This document shows positions 36,519 through 47,760 of a stretch of DNA of 64,000 nt, in pieces. A program made the translations under genes and the position numbers. This DNA is from Lingula anatina (Eukaryota; Animalia; Brachiopoda). Where the stretch lies: assembly GCA_051362555.1 (NCBI GenBank), contig CM120643.1, positions 19,534,848 through 19,598,847 of the forward strand. The letters are read 5' to 3'. Position 1 is the stretch's first letter, and every line of letters begins with the position of its first letter. The notes under the pieces were generated by a model that saw nothing but the letters and a program-made list of their open reading frames with translations, was not told the origin of the DNA and did not search any database.

Positions 36519-37674
36519 ATCTAATCGTAGCTGTGGGCCTCGGCGCCTGGAAGCCGTGAAGGAAATGGTCAAGAGAATAAACGGCTGCGGCGAGGACTGG
36601 TATCAGAAAACAGCAGATGTGACTTTTACTTTCGTGAAGGAATATCAGGAATGGTACATCATAGAACTTGAATGCTGCTCTGCTTAATTCTCTCTCTTTC
36701 ATAGTATAAGTTCACCTTTGCTTTGCACATTCATCATAGTGGTCTCTTTCCTTCGCATGTAGGCCTTACGCAAATTGTGAAAGTATGTAGTCTGCCCAGT
36801 CCCCATTCTTCCGGGTGAATTTATCGTTTATTCATGCGAATTTTTATGTTTGTATGATGTTGCCAGTGCTTTGGGAGTTTTCTTTCATTTTTAATTCATC
36901 TTATTTATTTTTATTTATTCATGTATCTACAGTATTTTTTCAATTTGGCTAAATCGTACAAAGAAGGAATCCCTTGTGTAACAAGTCGTTGTCATATTCC
37001 AGCGCAAGTACAGCCCCCGAGCATGAAGGCCGACATAACGTACATGCGGCTAGGCTTGTCCATTTCCTTGCTTAAGTCCTGTTTGCGGAGGAAAACATCC
37101 CGCAGGACAGTGAATGAGTGAGTAGTTATTTTTATTTTTAAGCGGTTCAATGTATAAGCCATCATTTCATGAGAAACACATACAACGACATGATCACTTG
37201 ATCAGTATCTGGTTCAATGTTAAATGTAAATATATTGTTAAAATGGTGCTTTTTGTGGTATACAGGATATATGTTTTGATATATATTCATAACCCACCAA
37301 CGAGTGGTGCAAACTATACTGCATTTTTTTGTGTGACAGGTCAACTTACGAACATTGAACATCATTATGGGTTGGAAGAAATTGCCTTAAATTCAATGTC
37401 AACATCAGTGTAACTTATGCAAACCACAACAAATAAGATAAAGTTTTTTTTAATATAACGTTACAACAGCAGGTACGGGGCCCAATTTTTTTCTCATGTC
37501 ACCTTTAAAAGTCAATAGGTCATATCGAAACTGTCCCTTATGTCCTGTTGTAAAACTAAATCGATATAAATTACTTTAAAAAAAAACATTTCATCATTGC
37601 GATGATGGAGAGAAATTGAGAGATTTTGCATCAGTTTGTGTTTTTTGGATACATGTACTAGTACATTTCTACAA

Positions 37675-38036
37675 TCACAAAGTGGTGCACTCATCCACTT
37701 TACATCTTAGACAGCACCCAAGATACTGCTGTCCATTTTCCTCTAGACATGTACACAGCATGTAGAACGCCCTCTCCTCTTTCGTCAATATTAAATTGAG
37801 GAGCACCCGCGTCTTCTCGGGTGACACTGCACTTGATGTAGGAACTCCTGTGGTCCATTCTGCGTCACCTGAAGATGGCGCTGTACGCACAAATTCCGCC
37901 TCTCTGTCAGTTATAATCCCCTCCTGGATAAACGTGTCAAGCATGTGCCTGAGGCAAGGGGTGGTGATACTGTGGACCAGCTGGCCTATAGTCTCCTGTA
38001 TGGCTCGTCTCTGCTGACGTGGCATTTCAGCAAAAC
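37675..38036 (-). CDS. ROCO coding exon 2 (CARD-like death fold)
   Basis: RRAIQETIGQLVHSI...MLDTFIQEGIITDREAEFVR...EKTRVLLNLILTKEERAFYMLCTCLEENGQQYLG matches the CARD helix pattern. Confidence 0.82.
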
Positions 38037-41000
38037 CTGCAGCGTTTAAAGTGTTTTAATTAAATTTACAGGTATTTCCAAAAATTACCTCGAACATGTA
38101 ATAGGATGATTGAAAGCAATGAAAAATGTGCACTTTTTTGTATTGCAACTTCTTTCGTGTAGATCTACAAGCCCGTAGCCAGCAATTTCAAAAGGGGGTT
38201 CTTTTTCTGAAAAAGTGGACCTTTTTCCATGAAAACTTCATGTACCTAGTTCAAAATTTACCCAGAGTGGACCTTTTCCCGGCAAAAGGGGTGGTTCTTT
38301 CGAACCCCCCGAACCCCCCCCCCCCCCCTGGCTACGGGCCTGATCTAAATACCACACAATTGACTTTTCATTTAAAAATAAATTCTGTATTCTTGTTTGA
38401 TTCGATCAATTTCATTCTTAAAATTCTACTGTAGTACGCATTTTTTAAATATCCTGGCGCTACTGTAGTAACCAGTATTGTAAACATTTAAGTAATCTTT
38501 GTCTGATCGTGAATAATTTAATGAATAGCAATTTGCACAGACGAAAACAATTAACTAAAGATCTAGTTATTAATTTTTAACCAAATCAAGTAAATAAGAT
38601 CACTAATGTCTACACCCTTCAGCGAAATTAACAGTGCACAAAATGATATGGAGTATCCCAGATAACACAGCACGTTGGAACCACGTGGCTATCACGTGAT
38701 CATAGCGGCGGCGACGCACTAAGCAAGTTTTTATTTATTTGTTTGGGCAGCACAATAACAATGGATTATAAAGAATGCATACTTTGGCTGGGATAAACTA
38801 GATTAGCTGGAATCATGGCATTCGTTTTCTCACAAAGTACCACGCTGACAGGCTGTACAAGGGGTTCGTCAATCAGCTCCCCGGGGTAGAGGGTCGGGTA
38901 TTGTTCACATTGGTCCACACAGTGAGGACACACCAGGTACTTGTCGTACGGCATACCAGGCCAGTCCTCCTCTAGGATATCCATGAGATCACCATGTGTT
39001 CGCAGAAGAGTTTGCCAGAGTTCTGGAAGGTGCCTGCCCCTCACAGCTGCTGCGATAACCCAGTCTCCATCAACCTTGCATCTGGTGAGCTGCATGCGGC
39101 AAGATTCCATCTCTGCGTATACGCCATCTTTCCAGTCAACCCTTCTTGCTTTGTAAAATCCTAGGTACTTATGCTGGCGGACAGAAAGCTTCTCGTACAA
39201 CCCGTCGGGGCACACGTGCGGAAAGTAAACTTTCAATGTAACTTGCTTGGTATCGAGAGGGGGCCACTCTGGCCATTGTTCAGTTAGGAAAGAGTGGCGC
39301 TCATCGGTTAAAAGACAGGGGAAGTGAAAGAAAGTCTCGTGTGCTTCAGCTTGGACGACTTTGTAACAAAGTTCCAATGCTTGCAGGAGCTCAAACATTG
39401 CATCAGTTTCTGCTCTGCTCAACCCAAACGGTCTCCAAAGGCACTCCAACGCTCCCATGGTAAGGACACCTCTTTTGGTGAAATCGTCTCTCACTCTGTC
39501 AAGACTGGGTTGACAAGTTGTTATTGACAAGTCATGGAGAAGGGATGGCAAAAGAGCTTCCATATCATGGTTTAATACAGCTTTTAGCAGGTTGCTTAAA
39601 ACTTCCTGCTTATGGAAAATGGTTCTTCGTAACAGAGGAGAGGTTTCGAACCAAACAATATCTCCGCGTCCAGCTAGGAAACTGAGCACTCCATTTATAA
39701 TTTCTTCGTTTGACTTGCTCTTTTTCTTGGAAATAGCACTTGAGACTTTCCAAAGGAAGGGTGCATGTCCAAATACATCTTTCTTTATTTCTTCCCACTG
39801 AAGAGTATTTCCAGTATTTTCATACTTGTGAGTACGTATGTTTTTGGCGGCTTTTATCCAAGATCTGGGCAATACGACTCCTTTCCCCCTTGCATTCCTG
39901 ATCAAAAACTTCTCAAGGTCTTGGTAACCGGACATGGTTTTGGAACTCACTACAAAAACTTTATCATGAATCTCTGGTTCCTCTTTTCGAAATTTTACAA
40001 GCGTCGTTAATTTATTCTTGTATGCTTGAACAATCCCCACATCCACAGATGCTTCTAAAGCTGCAATTTTATTTGAGACCAAGTCGTAGTGTTTGTTCAT
40101 CGTGAACCTTTTGTGAACTATCCTCCTTTGTAGTTCCTTTTCAACTGAGATGCAAATTGTTTGAGCCTTGTAGGGGGTCGTTTGGTCTGAATGAGTTCCT
40201 ACGATGGCAACTCTACAACTTGGATGCTGTGCATGGACCTTGTCCATCCAACTTCCAATGAACTTGTCAAAGTGATCAGTATCGTTACTATCGTACCTTG
40301 ATAGGTCAAATATGACAAGAACCAGACCGTTCTTGGATATGAAAATGGGATGGCCAACTTTGTATACGTCATGCCCTCCAAAATCGTTGACATTAAATGA
40401 AATGTCTTCTTCTGGCTCCCATTCTCTCTGCTCCACCACTCTGGTCCTATCTGCTGCTTCAGTTAACACTGATATACCCCTTCTCAAAGTTCGAGCTAGA
40501 CTGCTTTTTCCGCCCTCTGTTTCTCCAAGAAGGTTTAACTGAACTGTACAAGTATTCACAGCTTTTGAGTCTTTAATTTCTGCCAAATAATTGAAAATGG
40601 CCTCCTTGCCTCGTTTACTCACGGATTTAGGCAGCGACGTAAAACGGTTACCTGAAACCCGAAGGTCTTCCAGCTTGGAGAGGTTAACAAGTTGGTAGGG
40701 CAGTTGTGTTAAATGATTGTTATCTATCCACAGTTTTCTCAATTTGGTCATCCTACCTATGTCTCTTGGTACGTTGGCCATCTTGTTGTGACTTAGCTGT
40801 AGTTCCTCTAAACAAGGCAGAGCAAAAACCAAATCGGGGAATTCTGTGAAATTATTTTTGCCCAGCAGTAGTCTTTTCAGGGCAGTCATCCCAACGATAT
40901 TTGGCGGGAGGCTGGCCAGTTTGTTGTACCACAGGTCCAGATGCTCTAAATTAAGTATACCACATACTTCAGTTGGAAATGTGGTAAACTTATTCCAGGA

Positions 41001-41267
41001 GAGAATAAGATGCGTGAGATTGACGAGTAAAGATATCGAATCAGGCAGAGCCGTTAGTCCGTTGTTCGAGGCATTGATTTTCTTTACGTGAACACATTTG
41101 TGAATGGTGGTCGGGATGTGCTGTATGTGGGACCATTCCAGATCGAGTTCTGTGCACTGGAAGACCAGATCTGGCAGAGCAGAGTGCTCGTTTGCACTGG
41201 ACTCTTCTTCCAGTTTGTGTAGTATTTGAAAAACTTCTCTTCCTCCACGCTTTTCTTTGCCTGCCAT
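37675..41267 (-). CDS. ROCO-family protein (MFHAS1/MASL1-like LRR-ROC-COR) with C-terminal CARD, 2 coding exons, about 948 aa
   Basis: complement(join(37675..38036,38783..41267)). About 8 LRRs (LxxLxLxxNxL); ROC G-motifs GETEGGKSS, RTRVV, DFGG, THSD; COR ending in CPHC. Phase-1 intron (A|GTATGC at 38782, CTGCAG| at 38037) joins in frame to a death-fold exon. Confidence 0.9.
38168..38342. mobile_element. Same MITE family (copy B, inverted relative to A), in the ROCO intron
   Basis: CAAGCCCGTAGCCAG...CTGGCTACGGGCCTG; TSD ATCTA. Confidence 0.82.
38783..41267 (-). CDS. ROCO coding exon 1 (LRR-ROC-COR, 2485 nt)
   Basis: 833-aa ORF in the track; probable UTR acceptor TTTTTCAG upstream (exon start 41364) and UTR donor G|GTAAG at 41985. 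Confidence 0.93.
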
Positions 41268-42959
41268 GGTTAAGTCACCTCATGTTCACCACGATAGCTT
41301 CCAAATTAGGTCAGATGCCAAAGCTGCATCTTTTTATTAATTGACGTGAACAGATTGGAGTGATCTGAAAAACAAATTTATTACATGTAGGCCTATGTTT
41401 AAAATATAGCTCCAAACTTTGTTTCAGCTAATGGGTTCATTAATCATCTCTATCATAGTTTTCAACTGCTACGTCAATTGCCTTTCTAACGCCACCTGGC
41501 GGGATAAAACCAGATCTTAAAACGTAGTGCAAATGTGAAATGAAATTATTTGAACCTTTGTGAAATGTGTGTGGGATCTCTAAAAGTATCCAAAAATTCA
41601 CAAATATAAAAATAATAAAGTTTAAAAATGTATCGAAAACGCATATGGTAGCTACTATATAAAAGTATTATCTAAAAGTATCAACCACAAAAAGTGTTAA
41701 AGGTATCCTAGTTGAGATAAATATGAAGGTGCTTCAATGCAAAATCTAATGGGAAATAAACCCGCATCATTTTGCTCTCTGTTGATAATATTACAGGAAA
41801 ACAGCATGTGCATGCACCGTGCATATTTACGCATAATAAGCTAGCAGGCCTGCATAATATAGGCTAAAATAGCATTGCTCTTTCCAATACAGATGTTTGG
41901 CACCCTCACCGTTCTCTGAACACGACCTCTAGGCATACAATTTACGAGGGTCGTTGACAACGTAGTGAGGGGGCAATTCTCTTACCGATCGTATAAAGTC
42001 CATACGCAGAAAAACGTCACTGAATTCTGGCATGAATGAACTTTCCTTTTGGTGTTGCTGCACCTTTATCCTGTGTCTGTTGCCCATCCAGGTTGACAGC
42101 AGTGCTTAAAATTGAATGGCTCTAATCCTCGCAGCTCGACACAATACAAGTAGTGCACGTACAGTGAATGCTTCACGGACTGGTGCACTTACTGCTCAAC
42201 CCAACATAATTTTTGCAATGTTATATTGTCCCTTGTAAAATATTACACCCGATCCATATAAGCCATCACGTGACCAGCCGTTCTAACTATTAAACACCAC
42301 AGTACAGGAGAGTCCCTTCCTTCGACTACGCCCGTGTCGACCATGTGTTCCATACAGACGACTGTATGTGTTTAGTTCATTTCTGATGCATCTAGCCTAT
42401 TAAAGCTCATTTCAAACGAAAAGGGTAAATTTACAGGAGGATGTTCATAATGGGCAATAACATAGGGGTGACAAATGTGTCCCGCAAAAGCTTTTCACGG
42501 GTTAAAAAAATGCGGACGCTGACTAAACAACCCCTTTGCGAGAATATCGCTTTCAGTTTTCATTACTGCGCTAACAAGAACAGGTCGCGGGGACAATTGT
42601 GCCTATGTGTTGTATACTTATATATATAAGATGTCGCAGGGAAAAGTGAAGTGTTCGTGAATAAAAATCGATGATTCATCTGTCAGTTCATAACGGCACA
42701 GCGAATAAACGAAAGGTCGTCTTATTTTCAAAGGACGCCTCGCTAACACGGTTGGTTTTAATCTGATCAACTACATAATTTCAGCATCGGATATTTTTTC
42801 AAATTTGTAATATATGCTCGCAAAATTTGAGTAAAAGGGGGGGGGGGGGGGGTAAAGATACATGTAGCTCAAGCACGCACCACGTCTCATTGCTGTACGC
42901 GCCAACCAGATCGCGATCGATCGTTTTCTGCTGGAATCGTCGTTTCAGTCCCATGATAC

Positions 42960-43003
42960 ATACCTGTCAACATACCTGTAGACAATTGCCAGAGAGGGAG
43001 ATT

Positions 43004-43052
<49 letters not shown>

Positions 43053-43094
43053 GTTCCTTTTTTTAATGAACTGCTTTTAGTGCTTTATGCTGCG

Positions 43095-43126
<32 letters not shown>

Positions 43127-43594
43127 ATGTGTAAGTAGTTTGCTATAATCAAAAAAAAAACTTTGACTACACAAAATAATAATTAATGTTTCAAGAATTC
43201 GTTCATCTGTTTTACAACGGCCTCGGATGAAAAGCCGACCATTGCCCCCTTGGTGTGGGGTTCGAGGCCTGCTCAAGGACACCGAAAAATTTTCGGTGTT
43301 TTGGAGAATATACAGTGACCTTTAGTACAGTTTAGAACTATGATTTAGCTAGTCAAAATTCTAATTTCAAGAGGGGAATATAGGTGTGATATATTTTTCA
43401 AAAACCGAAGGGGGGGGGGTCAGGAGAACTATAGACTTCACATTTTCGTGAATGAAGTCACCACTGCACGCTCTCACGCCAGAAAAAAGAGAAAAGTCTG
43501 ATATCTGATAGATCGATAGATTTTTAGTCTGGTTAGGGAGATATGTGCCCAAATCGGGAGAGTACCGACGAGATCGGGAGAGTTGACAGATCTG
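42960..43594. mobile_element. Degenerate hAT-like MITE remnant
   Basis: CATACCTGTCAAC ... GTTGACAGATCTG imperfect termini and repeated ATCGGGAGAG; no clear TSD. Confidence 0.35.
43005..43049. repeat. (CA)n microsatellite
   Basis: Read directly. Confidence 0.95.
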
Positions 43595-44388
43595 AATTGA
43601 TACGTGGCCAGATCATCCCTAGATTTAAACTCCAAGCCGTACATTTAGCTTGACAACATGAAAGTATATGTTTATTAACTAAATGCAATTACAAACTATA
43701 CATTGTGCTTTTGTATCAAGCACTCTGATGCGGTGCTGTTAACCCACGTTATATGTAAATATTAACATGTATAATAATTCAGTCTGCACCAAAAACGTCC
43801 TGCATTAATGACTCTTCAGGCCACCATGGACTCTACCGGCCCAGAGAATAAATAGTCACCCGCGACTGACCAAATTAACGAAATTCTATCGGCCCCTTCT
43901 TTAAGTGCACTTTCTTAGGGGGACAGTGGTCAGGATATTGATTCTTCTCCAGTATGGCATACGTATCATATTATATATCACAGACAATTTGACATTGAAT
44001 AATAATATAGCTTCCACTACAGCACATAGATGTATACTACGAGATAAGCATTGAGCAATCGTTTTAATTTACACATATCACCAGTACTAGACAGCATTAA
44101 TCTCTATTGCTGGTGGCCTCACACCTGATGAACCTTGATTAATTATGTGAAACCATTCTCTCCCAAGACCCGACTGTTACTTTATCAATATGTCTAGATC
44201 TGAAGGAAAAGCGAAAGATTGGAGTTCCTATTAAATGGCACAAATAGTCATCGATTCATCAACGCTGCGTGACTTACAAAAGTATATTCTTCATCGTTTT
44301 TCCGGATCCACTCGGCTTGCGGTTGGGTCTGTAACCTTCTCTTATTCCATATACTCACTGAATACTGAAAGCTTTGGTGTTACATTAA

Positions 44389-44726
44389 AGGGATAATAAC
44401 TCTTCGTTTCGGCCAAAAAATGAATTTTCCTGGAGTAAACAACAATTTTCCCATACTTACCAATGGTTAATGAACCCATTTTTACATTCAAAGTTAGTCC
44501 CTGGTTTTTTTCTAAAAAGTTTGGTTTTTTGTTAAAATCTCTTAAGAGATTTTAACCGAGTATAGCCATCAATGGAGGTCACGTGGTCTAAAGACAAGCT
44601 CAGATATCAGAATAATAGCTATAACTGCCGTTTTTTGTGTTAAAACAGAATATATTATATTTCTATGAGTTATTCACAATGTTATTATTGTGAAATATAG
44701 GTCTCATACGAAGAGTTATTATCCCT
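44389..44726. mobile_element. Kolobok-like MITE, 338 bp
   Basis: TIR AGGGATAATAACTCTTCGT; TTAA TSD on both sides. Confidence 0.85.
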
Positions 44727-45262
44727 TTAACACTGCTACAGTCATGCAATTCATATATATAGCCTGATATTATATGACTTATTCATGAGCTTAAACACAA
44801 TGGTGCCTATCTTCGTTCAGTGAAATTGATACAGGTTAGAAAAAAGTGAAAAAATTCAAAAAGAATGAAGGGAAAAAAAATAATAAATTTTACAATACCT
44901 AGTTATCGTCACGTACAATATAGGCAAAGTCTGTACCTGGCATGTTTGTGCACCATCAAAATAATTAATTTGTGCTAAACAGAAGTAGTTATCCGGTTGA
45001 AATACACAGAGTAACTTGCATGGGGTACCCTCTCACATCAGGGGCTTCTAAATTAGTATAGGTACAATAATTTTGTAACAGACCACTAGCGGACCCTGTG
45101 GTCAGAGAGTATGCATGGGGTAATGCAATCATACTGTCACCTTGGCGTCTTCAGAAAAAAAAACTGATTCGCACGGAGTATGTGCGGCTCGAATAATGGT
45201 GACAACAAATGAATAGGTAAGTGTGTGTTGTTTGTTATTTTTGACATTTATTAAGACTAAGG

Positions 45263-45397
45263 CTACTGGAAGGAGGCTCGGATCACCCTCTTGTTTAACG
45301 ACTGTGTTGGCCGGTAGTTGTCCGCCATGATACCGTCCTCGCTGTTGTGCGGCATCTCGTTCTTGGCGTGGGTGCGGAGGCGGCGGAATTCCTCGAT
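45263..45397 (-). CDS. CA8: CA8 terminal coding exon
   Basis: [44 protein letters not shown]. Confidence 0.95.
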   Translation of the reverse strand: MEEFRRLRTHAKNEMPHNSEDGIMADNYRPTQSLNKRVIRASFQ

Positions 45398-47559
45398 CTA
45401 TAACGATATGTTTGTTTGTCCATCAAACGGCAATGATATTACATAGATGCTGCAGGAATTCTAGTTGATATGATGCTGGTTGACAAAGAAATGTACAAGC
45501 AACATGGTTTCAGAGACAAAATTTCATTAAATTGTAGGTATGGGTATTCACGGTAATTTCTAAACTATTTAGGAGCTAATAAAATGATTAAAATCTGAAA
45601 GAATAACGAAACGAAACGCTGTCGCTGGTCACATTCTATCAAATAAATGAATGGAATAAATAAAGTAAAATACTCGTATTTTTCATTGCGCAAAAAATAT
45701 AGAGACTTAACATTATTCTCGAGATCCAGACTGGTCCCTTGGAAAGTATTTGCATTTGCAAATGAACGAAATGTTACGTAACGTAAACCATATACATAAG
45801 TCGGGTCATGTATGCATGAAGAATGTTAATATACAGATAGACAGATATATTCACCTGAGCGTGCGAGATGGTTAAAGGGTAGCGGAACAGTATCCAAGTG
45901 ACGTTCTCAGAGCAGGGGGGAACCGTCAGCGACCCGTTGTAGGTCCAAAAGTCACGTAGCATGGGATCTGTAAAGAAGTAGCGCAAAATGTAGGTATATT
46001 TACCGTACTTTTTATTAACATGGGTCCCAATGATACTTCAGGTGGTACTTCAGTATACAATTCGTGGTTTATGGCAATTGCTTTGTTATTGGCCCATGCA
46101 GTCTGTCATCGATTTGATTTATATCCCAGTTTCATATTCGTTATGGATCCTACATTCTATCGACATTAAACGATGCATTTAACATGTAACATATCAATCA
46201 TACTTTGACAATATGAGAGTGCTCTGGCAGGTCAAAGATAATGAAAATACAGGGGTTTTTTTTAAGCAAAAGAAGACAAATCTCTGTCTGCCTCACCGGG
46301 TAACAGGCTGTTGGGGTTAAAGGCCGTGGCAACCGTCTTCATCCGTCCCTATAAACATAAAAAGTGGAGTGTTTAGTACCTAATCAGATTAATCACCCTT
46401 TAGAGATCACCACTCCTGCCTTGCTAATGTCCGAGGCAAATTATCGTAATCAAAAATTAAGTAAATGTTATAAAGTCTATGGAAATTAAAAGAATACAAA
46501 ATGCTTTGATAAATATTCCGGGCGTGTTTATAACTTCATATGTTTATAATGAGAAATTGTCTACAAGAATTTTTTTATAATAATTCATTGTTGGGGTTAA
46601 AAACGTTCATTCGGCCCTCATAGAAGATAACAAACATAGCAATTTACAAAGCGAATTACTAACCATATATTTATACAACCACAAAGATCGTGGACATGGT
46701 ACAAAATATTGACTCGGTACCTTATACTGAATTTCTTCTAAATGATCGGTAAGTATCTTCAGTCCGCTATTTTCTCGCCCAACCTACATTAAACGACACA
46801 AAACAAGATTCTTAATGACGCAGTTTATGAAAATATCTATAGAAATTAATACCGTTTTACTGAGATAACCCTACACGGAGCATAATTGATGCAGCAACGG
46901 TAATTTGCACGGTGAAAAACAAAGCACGTGTCAAACCACTCGTGAATCTACTGGAAGTGCGCTGACTTTACCAAACATTGCTGCAGAACCCACGCTGCAG
47001 ATAACGCTAAATGGAGACAACAAAGGCATTCTGAGGCTAGAGATGATTTTCCAGTGACCTCTGAAACACTGGGTGACTTCCATTTGACTACGATGCTCAT
47101 TCAGGAATAACGTTCACCTGTACAAAAAGGGCTGCAATCATGATCCCGTTAGGTTGTCCTAGGGCCTCATCCACGCTGTCGTATTGGCTGCTATTCCAGT
47201 GAATAAGCTGAACCTGAGAATAAAAAATTGTCGTTCGCCATTTTTGTTAACGTAAATAGACCCCCCACCCCACCCGCCCGCCCCGGAAAAGTACCACGCA
47301 GTCTGATAATTTCCAATTGTACGTCTGAAAAACAGTTTGTGACGTCACTCAGATATTAACATATGGTGTCACGGATAAAAGTGGCGTTATTCTTGTATGG
47401 TTACTGATAGGCACCTTTGAAACGGGAAAGGAGACCGACCTGATGTCCATTGGGCAACCCAAATTACAATTTACAACAAATTTCCAACCAATCTTTTTAC
47501 AGGCGGGGATGGGGGAGTATGGTGGGAATCACCCCCTTCCTAACATACTTGGTACGCCA

Positions 47560-47609
<50 letters not shown>

Positions 47610-47700
47610 TGGCGTACCAAGTATATATATATATATATATATATAATTAATGGCGTACCAAGTATATATATATATATATATATAATTAATGGCGTACCAA

Positions 47701-47760
<60 letters not shown>

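Noticed and set aside
36517-36702. 61-aa minus-strand ORF between NOS and ROCO
   Set aside because: Stops in neighbouring frames, no homology recognised, no clean splice model
38941-41091. Several short plus-strand ORFs over the ROCO exon
   Set aside because: Antisense shadows of the real coding sequence
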